Source of the DNA: an uncultured virus (IMG/VR IMGVR_UViG_3300027227_000002)
Lineage: Duplodnaviria; Heunggongvirae; Uroviricota; Caudoviricetes; Crassvirales
Length of the DNA: 64,000 bases
Virus record (IMG/VR): IMGVR_UViG_3300027227_000002
Direction: 5' to 3' (one strand)
The position numbers and the translations under genes were made by a program. Below are positions 25,544 through 36,400 of the stretch, piece by piece; the first letter of the stretch is position 1; the number at the start of each line of letters is the position of its first letter. Below the pieces are notes generated by a model, which was not told the DNA's origin, did no database searches, and saw only the letters and a list, made by a program, of their open reading frames with translations.

Positions 25544-27973
25544 ATGAGCCAAGGCAGCATCACCATATTCAGAAACATCAAGGACACGGATCAGCCATTC
25601 TACCGACCCATTGATGTTATCCTTAAGAGAATTAAGGACGGAGCCTCCAAGGACTTGGTCAAAGAGATCCGCCAAGAAAATGATAAGACCCGAATCAACC
25701 AACTAAAGCAGGAGTTGCCTGCCGTTTGTTTCTCGGGCACATTTAATAAAAGAAACGACTCTTCAATCCTTGAGCATAGCGGATACATCTGCTTGGACTT
25801 CGACGGCTACAAGACGCAGAAGGCCCTGCTCGAGGAGAAGGAGACGATCAGCAAAGACAAGCATGTATACTCCGTGTTCATCAGCCCATCGGGCAATGGA
25901 CTAAAGGTCATCGTCAAGATACCCAAGGACATTGACAACCATAAGAGTTACTTCAACTCTCTTGAAAACCACTTCAAGTCGGAGCACTTCGACAAGACAA
26001 GCAAGAACATCTCTCGCGTATGCTACGAGTCCTATGACCCGTTGATTTATGTCAACGAGAACTCAAGCGTGTGGTCAAGTCTTGAGGAGCAGGCCTATGT
26101 GGAGCGCGACAAGTACCGCGACCGCGTCACCATCCCTATCACCGACGAGAATAAGATTATAGATATCCTTATTAAGTGGTGGGAGAAGAAGTACCCCATG
26201 GTGGAGGGGCAGCGCAACCATAATATATATGTGCTTGCGGCGGCGTTGAACGACTTCGGCGTGAACAAGTCATTGGCGGAGTATGTCATGGCCAACTATC
26301 AGTCCAAGGACTTCCCTGTCGGAGAGATAAAGCGAACCATTGATAGCGCGTATGCGCAGACGCAAAAGTTTGGAAGCCGGTACTACGAGGACGAGGAGAA
26401 GTTGTCGCAGATACGCACCAAGTTAAGAGGCGGCGTGCCAAAAAAAGAAATCCGTCACCAATTAGAGGAGGCCAATTTGGATGGCGGTATAATCGATGCG
26501 GTGATCAGCCGGGTCGAGGAGGAGCAGGCCGGTCAGAAGTTTTGGACTAAGTCCGACAAGGGCATAGTCAAGATAGTACACATACAATTCAAGCAGTTCC
26601 TTGAGGACAATGGGTTCTATAAGTACTGCCCCGAGGGCAGTAAGAACTTTGTGTTCGTTCGTGTGACCAACAACCTCATTGACCATGCAAGCGAGAAGGA
26701 GATCAAGGACTTTATCCTTGACTACCTGCTTGACTTAGAGGACACCTTGGTGTATAACTACTTCGCTGACAATACCCGGTTCTTCCGGGAGGAGTTCCTC
26801 ACCTTGCTGGCCTCTATAGATGTGTACTTCATTGCCGACACAAAGGACGCGGCGTACCTATACTTCCGCAACTGCGCAGTTAAAATCTCACACGAGGCCA
26901 TCACATCCATTGACTACATTGACCTCGGAGGATATGTGTGGAAGGACCATGTCATTGACCGCAACTTTGAGGTGACGGAGGTCACGAGTTGTGACTTCGA
27001 GCAGTTCATCTCCAACATTAGTTTTTCTGATGTTAATCGGATCAAGAGCATGGAGAGTACCCTTGGCTTCTTGATGCATGCCTACAAGGACTTGTCGTAC
27101 TGCCCCGCCGTCATCCTCAATGATGAGGTTATCAGTGACAATCCCGAGGGGGGCACCGGGAAGGGGCTTCTTATGAATGCCCTGTCGCAATTAAAGAAGT
27201 TGGTATTCATTGACGGCAAGTCGTTTAACTTCGAGAGGTCATTCGCATACCAAACCGTGTCCGTAGATACGCAGGTTGTGTGCTTTGACGATGTCAGAAA
27301 GCACTTTGACTTCGAGAGATTGTTCTCCGTGGTCACTGAGGGGCTGACCCTTGAGAAGAAGAATAAGGACGCCATCAAGATTCCTTTCAGCAAGTCCCCA
27401 AAGATTACCATCACCACCAACTATGCCATCAAGGGTGCGGGCAATTCATTTGAGCGACGCAAGTGGGAGTTGGAACTTCATCAATACTATTCCAAGGAGT
27501 TCACGCCATTGGAGGAGTTTGGCAAACTCATGTTCGGCGATTGGGACGATGACGAGTGGCTTCAGTTTGACAATTACATGATCAACTGCCTGCGCTCCTA
27601 CTTGCGCACCGGTCTCGTTCGCAGTTCGTTTGTCAACCTACGCATCCGTCAGTTGTCGGCAGAGAGTTCGCATGAGTTCATCGAATGGTGCGGCCTTATC
27701 AATGGAGCAACGCCCAACGAAAGATTCCAAGACTTGGATGATGGGCGCAAGGTATACAAGCAGGACCTATACTATGACTTCATACAAGACAACCCGGACT
27801 TTGCTCCAAAGGCAAAGATGACTATCTCGCGCACCAAGTTCAACAAGTGGCTGATATCATACTGCATGTACAAGACCAATGTCGCGCCGGAAGAGGGTCG
27901 CGATGCGCAGGGTAGGTGGATGCGGTTGCGCAACCGCCACGAGTTGGAGAAGAACATGTCAATGGAATTCTGA
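25544..27973 (+). CDS. Primase-helicase (BT4734/VirE-N domain plus P-loop helicase)
   Basis: K..LP.V.FSG.F, SG.ICLDFD, F.SPSGNGLK, R.CY.SYDP and Walker A GGTGKG. Confidence 0.85.
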   Translation: MSQGSITIFRNIKDTDQPFYRPIDVILKRIKDGASKDLVKEIRQENDKTRINQLKQELPAVCFSGTFNKRNDSSILEHSGYICLDFDGYKTQKALLEEKETISKDKHVYSVFISPSGNGLKVIVKIPKDIDNHKSYFNSLENHFKSEHFDKTSKNISRVCYESYDPLIYVNENSSVWSSLEEQAYVERDKYRDRVTIPITDENKIIDILIKWWEKKYPMVEGQRNHNIYVLAAALNDFGVNKSLAEYVMANYQSKDFPVGEIKRTIDSAYAQTQKFGSRYYEDEEKLSQIRTKLRGGVPKKEIRHQLEEANLDGGIIDAVISRVEEEQAGQKFWTKSDKGIVKIVHIQFKQFLEDNGFYKYCPEGSKNFVFVRVTNNLIDHASEKEIKDFILDYLLDLEDTLVYNYFADNTRFFREEFLTLLASIDVYFIADTKDAAYLYFRNCAVKISHEAITSIDYIDLGGYVWKDHVIDRNFEVTEVTSCDFEQFISNISFSDVNRIKSMESTLGFLMHAYKDLSYCPAVILNDEVISDNPEGGTGKGLLMNALSQLKKLVFIDGKSFNFERSFAYQTVSVDTQVVCFDDVRKHFDFERLFSVVTEGLTLEKKNKDAIKIPFSKSPKITITTNYAIKGAGNSFERRKWELELHQYYSKEFTPLEEFGKLMFGDWDDDEWLQFDNYMINCLRSYLRTGLVRSSFVNLRIRQLSAESSHEFIEWCGLINGATPNERFQDLDDGRKVYKQDLYYDFIQDNPDFAPKAKMTISRTKFNKWLISYCMYKTNVAPEEGRDAQGRWMRLRNRHELEKNMSMEF

Positions 27974-29208
27974 TGATAGAGTATAGACCCTACCAAAAGG
28001 AAATCATACAGCGTGGTGCCGACATAGTAAGGAAGCACGGCTTTGTTTACTTGGCGATGGAGGTTCGCACGGGCAAGACCCTTACGAGTCTCGGCATAGC
28101 CGATGAATTGGGTGCGCAGAATGTGTTATTCCTCACTAAGAAGAAGGCCATCTCCTCCATCACAAAAGACAGCGACCTGTTATGCCCCCCTTATGTTCTA
28201 TTTGTAATGAACTACGAGAGCATGCATAAGTTGCCCGACGTGAAGTGGGACCTCATCATTGCAGACGAGGCGCACGGGATGGGCGCATTCCCCAAGCCGA
28301 GCAAGAGGGCGAAGGACTTCCGAGCCTTGGTGAGCAAAACAAAGGCGCGGGTCATACTATTGTCAGGAACGCCAACCCCAGAGTCATATAGCCAGATGTA
28401 CCATCAGGTGTATGCCCTGCCCAGTGGTCCATTTCACAAGTACAAGAACTTCTATGGCTTTGCCAATGATAATGTAGATGTTAAACTCAAGCGCATTGGT
28501 GGTCACAGCATTAAGGACTACACCGCCGGTCAGTCTAAAATTCTTGCTGACATGGCCCCTTATACTATATCCTACACGCAGGAGGAGGCCGGCTTTGTGG
28601 TGGAAACCACCGAAAAAGTCCTTGAGGTTGAACTTCTGCCCGTCACCTACGAGATAATGCGCAAACTTCGCAAGGACTTAGTCGTTGAAGGCAAGGAAGA
28701 GGTCATCCTCGCAGACACGGCGGTGAAGCTGATGATCAAGATGCACCAACTATGCTCTGGCACCATTAAGTTTGAGAGTGGAAACTCCAAGGTTATTGAT
28801 TACACCAAGGCGCAGTTCATCAAGGAGACATTCAAGGGAAAAAGGATAGGCATCTTCTATAAGTTCAAGCAAGAACTTCACGCCCTGAAGAGCGTGTTCG
28901 GTGACGCCCTTACGGAAAGTCTTGATGAATTCAATGCCGGAGGTCAGGTCATAGCATTACAAATTGTCAGCGGACGTGAAGGTATAAGTTTACAAAAAGC
29001 AGAAGCCCTTGTCTATTATAACATTGACTTCTCTGCTACAAGTTACTGGCAGTCAAAGGATAGGATGACGACAAAGGACCGGCTCAAGAACGATGTGTAC
29101 TGGATATTCGCCAAGGGCGGCATAGAGCGCGACATCTACAAGGCCGTCACCAAAAAGAAAGACTACACCCTTAATCACTTCAAGCGTGATTTATTAAATT
29201 TGTTTTAA
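27973..29208 (+). CDS. SNF2/SF2 helicase
   Basis: YRPYQ, TGKT, DEAH, LSGTP, EGISL and QSKDR. Start moved to MIEYRPYQ. Confidence 0.85.
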   Translation: MIEYRPYQKEIIQRGADIVRKHGFVYLAMEVRTGKTLTSLGIADELGAQNVLFLTKKKAISSITKDSDLLCPPYVLFVMNYESMHKLPDVKWDLIIADEAHGMGAFPKPSKRAKDFRALVSKTKARVILLSGTPTPESYSQMYHQVYALPSGPFHKYKNFYGFANDNVDVKLKRIGGHSIKDYTAGQSKILADMAPYTISYTQEEAGFVVETTEKVLEVELLPVTYEIMRKLRKDLVVEGKEEVILADTAVKLMIKMHQLCSGTIKFESGNSKVIDYTKAQFIKETFKGKRIGIFYKFKQELHALKSVFGDALTESLDEFNAGGQVIALQIVSGREGISLQKAEALVYYNIDFSATSYWQSKDRMTTKDRLKNDVYWIFAKGGIERDIYKAVTKKKDYTLNHFKRDLLNLF

Positions 29209-29447
29209 TGACAGAGCAGGCCATACAAAGCAAAAGGATCAAGCAACTCGAGGCCGAGGGGTACTATGTTATAAAGTTGGTGAAGACTAATAAGAACGGA
29301 ATACCCGACCTTGTTGCCATACCCCCGGGGTGTGGAGTATTATTCTCCGAAATAAAGACACCAAGCGGAAAACTGTCTGCCCTTCAAGAGTATAGACTAA
29401 AAGAACTTCAGGAACATGGGCTCAACACAGAGGTATACAGAGGATGA
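29208..29447 (+). CDS. VRR-NUC domain nuclease
   Basis: E..IQ...G.PDL......F.EIK...GKLS.LQ. Confidence 0.85.
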   Translation: MTEQAIQSKRIKQLEAEGYYVIKLVKTNKNGIPDLVAIPPGCGVLFSEIKTPSGKLSALQEYRLKELQEHGLNTEVYRG

Positions 29448-29766
29448 GGACTACTATGAGTTGGATGACGAGTTCATCCAAGACGTTAGAAGCTTTGGGG
29501 TCAGGAAGGCTATCCGCATTGGGAAGTTCCTTGACAGAACACTTTGGCAGGTTCCTAATGTTTCAGGGCAGGCTCAGATTATGGGTGGTGTCATTGATGA
29601 CATTGAAGGCAGTGCATTTTTTTTCGCAATAGAACTATACAAAGACGATGAGTCTTGTGTAACATTTTTCGGACTCTCTGAGATAGATGATGACGAGTAT
29701 TTAGATTTAATCAATTCAAACTCCTACTTAAATGAACGAATGGACATCAACACAGGCATTAGTTGA
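29416..29766 (+). CDS. Acidic hypothetical protein
   Basis: 116-aa ORF in the operon. Confidence 0.6.
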   Translation: MGSTQRYTEDEDYYELDDEFIQDVRSFGVRKAIRIGKFLDRTLWQVPNVSGQAQIMGGVIDDIEGSAFFFAIELYKDDESCVTFFGLSEIDDDEYLDLINSNSYLNERMDINTGIS

Positions 29767-30250
29767 CTCAACTTTTGGCGTGTACATAAAGCATAACGTC
29801 CGTCAGCGCCCATACGTTGAGGCGCGTGCTGTTTTTTACAAGATAATGAAGGAACTCTACGGCAAGTCTCTTAGTTCTATAGGGCGTCGGGTTAATAGGA
29901 CTCACGCAAGCGTTATCAATGGCCTAAGAAACATAGACAATTGGATGGTATATGATGTGGAGCTTAAGCAAAAGTATGACTCCATTATGTTGCAGATCAT
30001 TGACACTAACAAAGAAATTGAGGAGTACTTATCATACGAGGAAATCCTTGATAAAAATATTTCTTTGAGAAGTGATGTTCAAAACTTATCTTTAACTATT
30101 CAATCACTTGAAAAAGAACTTAATAGAAGAGTCGTAAAGGAATATCGATTTGAAATTTTGTTTGACAGAATTGAACACCAGATACCAAGAGGCAAAGAGC
30201 ACATGGCTAACATGAAGATTAATCAGTTTCTAAATGGACTATCGCTTTGA
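29732..30250 (+). CDS. DnaA C-terminal-like HTH protein with coiled coil
   Basis: R.R.YVEAR...SLSSIGR.VNRTHASVI. Counterpart of 20209-20763. Confidence 0.75.
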   Translation: MNEWTSTQALVDSTFGVYIKHNVRQRPYVEARAVFYKIMKELYGKSLSSIGRRVNRTHASVINGLRNIDNWMVYDVELKQKYDSIMLQIIDTNKEIEEYLSYEEILDKNISLRSDVQNLSLTIQSLEKELNRRVVKEYRFEILFDRIEHQIPRGKEHMANMKINQFLNGLSL

Positions 30251-30461
30251 AGATGTAGAAGAAATTCTAACTAAGAATTGGTGCAACAAGTGTAAAATTA
30301 ATCACTTGCTTCACATAGACTCCATCCTCTATCAGCAACTTGGGAATACATCCACCAAAGCAGAGAAGGATGCGGTGAAGAAGAAGTCGCGCAAAATTTA
30401 TATGGCAATTAAAAAAATTGACCCTCAAATTGGTGATCGTTTAGTATCTTCTATGGACTAA
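30234..30461 (+). CDS. Conserved phage hypothetical protein
   Basis: 75 aa, homolog of 19629-19829. Confidence 0.7.
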   Translation: MDYRFEDVEEILTKNWCNKCKINHLLHIDSILYQQLGNTSTKAEKDAVKKKSRKIYMAIKKIDPQIGDRLVSSMD

Positions 30462-30471
30462 ACAATACACC

Positions 30472-30663
30472 ATGTCCCTAAAAAAGGATTTAAACAACCC
30501 GCGGGTTGTCAGCATCAACTATACGATGTCAGAAATCAATAGTCTGACAGACGATATTTATGAAGGACTCATTGACTATGACATCAAGTCTATCGAAGTG
30601 AGTGTTCAAAGACTAATGGAGATTCTTACAGAGCTCCAAGCAAGTGTGAGCGATGGGAACTAA
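30472..30663 (+). CDS. Hypothetical protein
   Basis: 63-aa ORF in the operon. Confidence 0.6.
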   Translation: MSLKKDLNNPRVVSINYTMSEINSLTDDIYEGLIDYDIKSIEVSVQRLMEILTELQASVSDGN

Positions 30664-31672
30664 ATTTAGAATGCGCCTTACTGACGATGAATACAAACTC
30701 ATCACGGGACACAGGGCGTTAGAGAAGGAGTGCGAAGAGAAGGGCATCCCACTGGCGGACGTCAATCACTACTGGCACAAGGGTAAACACTTTTCCCTTC
30801 ACGTAAACAAGCCCGGTGTCAATGTCGCCGACATGCGGGAAGAGATTAAAAAAGACATGGATGCGCACTCTCCAAAGTATCCAAAGATCAAAAGAGAGAA
30901 GTCAAAGGACGGGCACTGCCTCGTCATCGACCCGGCAGACATTCACATAGGCAAGCTGGCCACAGCATTTGAAACGGGGGAAGACTACAACTCACAGATA
31001 GCAGTTCAGCGCGTGCTTGCCGGCGTCAAGGGGATCCTTGATAGCGCGTCGGGATTCAACATCGAGAAGATTCTATTCATCGGCGGCAACGACATCCTGC
31101 ACATAGATACGCCACGACGTACCACTACTAATGGAACCCCTCAGGATACGGACGGAATGTGGTATGATAACTTTCTGATTGCCAAGAACTTATACGTTGA
31201 CTTGCTTGAGATGTTAATTGGAATCGCGGACGTTCACTTCATGTACAACCCATCCAACCACGACTACACGAATGGCTTCTTCTTAGCTGACGTAATTCAG
31301 AGTTGGTTTCGCAAGAGCGAGAACATTACGTTCGACTGCTCTATTGCGCACCGCAAGTACTTTAAGTATCACAGCAATCTCATCGGCACAACTCACGGCG
31401 ATGGCGCGAAGACTCAGGATCTTCCCCTGCTCATGGCTCAGGAGGCATCAGCAAGCTGGTCCGAGACAAAGCACCGGTACGTTTATACGCACCACGTTCA
31501 CCACAAGAACGCCAAGGATTTTATTGGAGTGACGGTTGAGAGCCTTCGCAGCCCAAGCGCTGCCGACTCTTGGCACCACCGCAATGGGTATCAGCACAAC
31601 CCCAAGGCGGTGGAAGGATTTATCCACCACCCAGACCACGGACAGATTGCGAGACTAACTCACATCTTCTAA
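30653..31672 (+). CDS. Calcineurin-like metallophosphoesterase
   Basis: ADIHIGK, GGND..H.D, SNHD, THGD and HHVHH motifs. Confidence 0.85.
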   Translation: MGTKFRMRLTDDEYKLITGHRALEKECEEKGIPLADVNHYWHKGKHFSLHVNKPGVNVADMREEIKKDMDAHSPKYPKIKREKSKDGHCLVIDPADIHIGKLATAFETGEDYNSQIAVQRVLAGVKGILDSASGFNIEKILFIGGNDILHIDTPRRTTTNGTPQDTDGMWYDNFLIAKNLYVDLLEMLIGIADVHFMYNPSNHDYTNGFFLADVIQSWFRKSENITFDCSIAHRKYFKYHSNLIGTTHGDGAKTQDLPLLMAQEASASWSETKHRYVYTHHVHHKNAKDFIGVTVESLRSPSAADSWHHRNGYQHNPKAVEGFIHHPDHGQIARLTHIF

Positions 31673-31675
31673 ACG

Positions 31676-31915
31676 ATGACTGAGTCAAGGCATAGAATTA
31701 TATTAAGCATTGTAATAGTATTAAGCTTTCTTCTTACTATACACGGCATTAGTGTGGCTATGCACAACAATCAATCCCTTAGCGCAGACTGGAAAGAGCT
31801 ATTGCTTTTATTATTGGGCGCCTTAATTGGCAACTTTGGAAAGGTTGTAGACTATTGGTTTAATCAAAATAAAAATAGAAAAGATGAGCGAAAAGGTAAG
31901 TGTAGGAAACGATAG
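31676..31915 (+). CDS. Two-TM membrane protein
   Basis: Two hydrophobic helices and a basic tail. Confidence 0.65.
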   Translation: MTESRHRIILSIVIVLSFLLTIHGISVAMHNNQSLSADWKELLLLLLGALIGNFGKVVDYWFNQNKNRKDERKGKCRKR

Positions 31916-32699
31916 CGCGGGCGCATCGGCAGGAGTATCTGCGGGCGCTGAGGTTACGAACACATCAGCAAGCGCCGGCGTAGAAGCGGGGGCAGAGGTA
32001 CACGCAGGAGTGGAAAACTCAAATCAAGTTGGCGATGTAACCATCTCGCAAGAGGCACACGCTGGAGCTGAGGTTCACGCTGAAGCAACAGCCGAAGCCG
32101 GATGGGATGGAAGAAACGCATATGTAGATGCACACACAGAAGTTGGAGCATCAGTAGAAGTTGGAGCGTCTAACTCAGTAGAGTATGGTGGTGTAACTAA
32201 CACAACAGAAGTCCACGCAGGCGCAGAAGCTAAAGCATATGTTGGAGCCAGCGGTCAGATAGGTGCAGATGGCGCTGAAGGTCACGCAGGCGCAATGGCT
32301 GGGGCATCGGTAGGCGTAGGAGCGTCTAATAGCACCTATGATAAGAATGGTAATGGCGCCCAAGCGGGAGCCGGCGTATCTGCCGGCGTGCAAGTAGGCG
32401 CTGAGGTTGGCGGTGGCGCCACCATGGACAATGGTGTTGCAACCGTTGGAGTGGATGGTGAGCTTGCGCTTTTAGTTGGAGTGGATGTTGACCTTTCAGT
32501 TAGCGTGGACACAAAGCCAGCTCAAGAGGCCGTAGTTGACACAGCAGGCACTGTCGCTAAAGAAACGACAAAAGTGGTGGAGAAGGTGGCGACACCCATA
32601 AACAATGCCGGTAACGCCGTTGTAGGCGGAGCCAAGGACGCCGGCAAAGCTGCCGGAAATATGATTGGCGGCATCACTGGAAAGAAAAAGAAGAAATGA
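31884..32699 (+). CDS. Ala/Gly/Val-rich repetitive protein
   Basis: 271 aa of AGASAGV and AGAEVHA repeats with a C-terminal KKKKK. Confidence 0.75.
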   Translation: MSEKVSVGNDSAGASAGVSAGAEVTNTSASAGVEAGAEVHAGVENSNQVGDVTISQEAHAGAEVHAEATAEAGWDGRNAYVDAHTEVGASVEVGASNSVEYGGVTNTTEVHAGAEAKAYVGASGQIGADGAEGHAGAMAGASVGVGASNSTYDKNGNGAQAGAGVSAGVQVGAEVGGGATMDNGVATVGVDGELALLVGVDVDLSVSVDTKPAQEAVVDTAGTVAKETTKVVEKVATPINNAGNAVVGGAKDAGKAAGNMIGGITGKKKKK

Positions 32700-32788
32700 A
32701 AAAATATCTGAATCTACTATTGGTTATTGGAATTAATATTCTATTTTGGATGGCTCTAATTCAGCTATTTTCAACTGTAATCAAATGA
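32696..32788 (+). CDS. Single-TM micro-protein (30 aa)
   Basis: Manual translation MKKYLNLLLVIGINILFWMALIQLFSTVIK, ATGA-coupled at both ends. Confidence 0.5.
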   Translation: MKKYLNLLLVIGINILFWMALIQLFSTVIK

Positions 32789-33057
32789 AAGACTTAATCA
32801 TTGAGTACTACTCCGGACACGAGGACGGGGCGCCACTCTTTGCAGATGGCCTTGATGACGCAATCATAGGCATCTGCCCTGTAAGCTTTCGGGTAATATA
32901 CTCCCGAAGCAAGTGCATAAACATAATTGCACAAGACATGAGCATAGAGGATGCTATGGACTACCTCGAGTACAACACGTTCAATACCTATGTCGGAGAG
33001 TTCACCCCGATATGGGCCGAGGACTTTTATTGGGGGGGCTTCGATGAAGAAGAATAA
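32785..33057 (+). CDS. Conserved phage hypothetical protein
   Basis: LFADGLDDAIIG...VIYS..K.I......EDA.DY.EYN....YVGE.TP. Confidence 0.75.
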   Translation: MKDLIIEYYSGHEDGAPLFADGLDDAIIGICPVSFRVIYSRSKCINIIAQDMSIEDAMDYLEYNTFNTYVGEFTPIWAEDFYWGGFDEEE

Positions 33058-33259
33058 CGACGAGGGGTGGCGGTTCCTGTACTGGGACGACCCGGGAGAT
33101 AGCCAAGATAGTGTAGACAACCAAAAACCAAAAGAAGATGGAGAATCCGATTGATGAATTGTACCGACGATACCTATCCAATGGGTACATCACTCCCGAA
33201 GACGTCGAGGAGCTAAAAAAGGTATATGTAGAGGGGTACAACTGGATCCAGACAACGAC

Positions 33260-33427
33260 ATGAAGTACCGAGTCAACTACACCTACTTTGACCAAAGTAA
33301 AATGAGAGCTGCCAAATGGGAGCAACGAGAGAAGGACTTCGACACAAAGGAAGAAGCTCGAGACTTTGTTGGAAAGATTGAATGGAACGTGGCGGTAAGG
33401 AATGTAAACATTCAGCCCGTATTATAA
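33260..33427 (+). CDS. Hypothetical protein (55 aa)
   Basis: Manual translation MKYRVNYTYFDQSKMRAAKWEQREKDFD...NIQPVL, homolog of 21844-22011. Confidence 0.75.
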   Translation: MKYRVNYTYFDQSKMRAAKWEQREKDFDTKEEARDFVGKIEWNVAVRNVNIQPVL

Positions 33428-33433
33428 AAGAAG

Positions 33434-33454
33434 AAGGGGGGCTAAGCCCCCCTT
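33434..33454. terminator. Bidirectional terminator between convergent arms
   Basis: AAGGGGGGC-TAA-GCCCCCTTT hairpin, A-rich on the left and T-rich on the right. Confidence 0.7.
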
Positions 33455-33456
33455 TA

Positions 33457-36400
33457 TTATTCTAAAGACGCCTCCATTTCCTTGACCATACTCTGAAGCT
33501 CTTTCACTTCGGCATTGACGTCCATTTCTTTTTCAAGAGACTTCATCTCTTCATACATTTCAGGGAACATCTCTTTCATCTCTTTGTCGGTCATTGAAGA
33601 TCTTTTTGTCTTAGACTTGCCCATGCCTTTATACATGTCGTCCATCAGAAGTCTTCGAACATCCTTGTAGAACGGAACAAATCCAGCATGTCCAAGAATT
33701 TCTAGCGGCAGTCGCTGGCTGAGGGCCCTCTTCTTGCGAATGATTGCGTCAACCTGCTTCTTCTCGCCGTCGGTTAGCTTGTCGTATGCAAACTTTGCCG
33801 TCTTAAATGCTGGGCTGTATGGACCACTCAAGCCTATTACAATGTCAATAAACTCCTGCTTTCGACTCTTGTCTCTGGAGATAAGGCTGAACTGTAAAGA
33901 GTCCTCGTACTGATTGTATTCTCCCTTGCGAAGGAAGTCAAAGTACTCTTCGTTTACAACCTCAATGGCATAGTTAATGGGCGCCTTGATAATGTTCCCG
34001 AAGTCACGTCCAAGAAGCAAGCCGCTGAACGCCGACATCATTGACTGCATAAGGCTTTGAAGGAAGGTCTTCTCTTCATCCTCGTCGTCTCCAACGATAA
34101 GCTTACTAAGCAAACTTCCAAGAATCTGGGACAGCATGGTGTACATAACCATTCGGCTTGTTACCGCGGCCATTAACGCCACTCCCTGCTTGCGCGTGAG
34201 CGAGCCCTTTCCGACGGCAGCGTACAGTCCGGTACGAGCTGCTGCAAATTCATAGATAAGGAATCGCTGCATGAAGCCATTAAACTGATTGTATGCGGTC
34301 GCCAGCCCGGACTGGTTTGCCTTTCTTGACCCCTTCAAGATTCCCATGAATGCATTGTCAGATGCGCCAGCTTGAATAGAACGATTGTCTGCCAATTCTT
34401 TTGACGCCTCGATGGCCTCAGCGTGCTCATTCATGTACGCCTCGTCATTAGCTGCGATCTTGTCGAAGTCGACATCAAGTCCGGTGATTCTCTTGAACTC
34501 ATTTGCAAATGCACCAAACCAAAGGGGGCGCATTACAATCTTATCGGGGGTTGAAATCAAAGTGTCTGCCCCAAGCTCTACAAGATTCTTATACTTCTTG
34601 CCAGTGCGAGACCATCCTTGCTCAAGCAGGTTGATGAGTTTTGCCTTCGGAGCTTGTGTCTTGACGGCGCTTGATTGACCCAGCAATGATGTGTCAACAA
34701 ATCGCCCATTGATGGTGTCCCCAGAGAACAGACGCGCGGACTGCTTGCTTCCTACATTGTTAAGAACCTCTACTGCGTCTGGAGACGTTATAATGCCGAA
34801 CAAGGAGGTGCCAGTACTCAAGGCCTTGGGGTCATTGAACAGCGCAAACGAAAGGTTGGAGGTGAATTCGGAAGTTGCACGAGGCACACCCGCAAGCATT
34901 GCCCGGTATCCCTGCTTTGCTATCCACTTCATGGCGTCTTCAACAAACGTATTCTCTACGTAGTTATTTACCAATAGATTCGTTACTGCTTCATCAAAGG
35001 CGTACTCAATAGCATTTAGAATTTCTTGCTGTTGCTTTGTGATGCCACCCTCTTCGAGGTTCTTTTGCGCTTGAATAAATGTAGAGCGCGCAGTGCGGAT
35101 GGGAGACGTTAGGTGGTAGTCCGTCAAGACAAACTTGGCGCCTCTCTTTGCTGAAGCAAACGCATCAAAGTTTAATGGAGTAATCTTTCCGGTACGCTCA
35201 ATTAAAGACTTGGCCTTTGTTGATGGGCGCATCGACGTGTTGTACGCATCGACAAGAGACATACCCTCATTACTGTCGCTCTTGAAGTCATATAAGACAT
35301 TGTGGTGAACGTAATTGTTCACGGGAGTAATCTTATCGCCTCGGATAATTGCGGCCGTGAAAACTGAAGTTTCAGTAAGTGATGAATTGATGTCCTGAAT
35401 AGTCTTGATTGCTTTCTTCTCTGCCTCATTAAATGATTGGTCAAGCTTTTCAAGATTGATGTTGCCATCGGCGTCAGCATAAGAGTCGAGTATGCTCTGA
35501 AGCATGTCAATGTCCCCCATCTCAGCTGGCGTCTTGCCCTTCTTGATCTCTCTAATCGTAGCAGCCAAGTAATCAGCAGCAGAATGAACCTGCTTATTGT
35601 CTGGGTTGCTGTTATATTCAAGCTCCAGCAGGTAGGTCATTATCTTGTACTTAGACATGAGGGTCCTGTTCCCGTCATACTTAAATGACTTAGCAATAGC
35701 CTCAGCAGACCGGTCAAGGCGAGACTGAATGTCTCCGAACGCCGACTCAAATGCTGACTGCGCTTCGGCAGCAGCCTTAAGGACCGAATTAAATATGGAC
35801 TTAGTATTAAAGTCTCCAAACAATTGGTCAATGTAAGCCAAGGGGTTACGTCGAATCATTTCGGCAATGCCTCCGCGCTTGGTCATGAAAGACTTAACGC
35901 GCCCAATAGCACTACTAAACGGCAGCGGCTTAGACTTGGCAATAGCACTTGAAAGCAAGGCGCCGTTTTCAACAGCAACCATTGACTCCTTGATGAGTTC
36001 GGCGTAATGGGGTAGGTATCCGTTGTTGATGTTGTTGATCACCTTGTAAAGGTTGACAAGCTGTTCGATAGTCAAGCCCTTGACGGCATCACTCTTGGCG
36101 AGTCGTGCAATCTCCTTGGCCAATTTTCGCTCGTCGCGAGTGGGAAGTCGCTCAGTATCAACATCAAGCTCATTGATGGCATCAATGGCCTCGTCTCGCT
36201 GCTCTTGCTTTTCCTCCTCAGAAAGTCCCTCAGTAATCGGGCGCTCTAAAATCTGAGACTTGTACTTGCGCATGAGGTCAGCCTCTTCTTGAGTGATTGT
36301 TTGATCCTCAATCATCTGCTTTATGGTAGCAGCATAGTCAAGCTTCCCATTATCGCCATACACCTTGTACTCGTATGCAATAAATCTATTATTCAACTCC

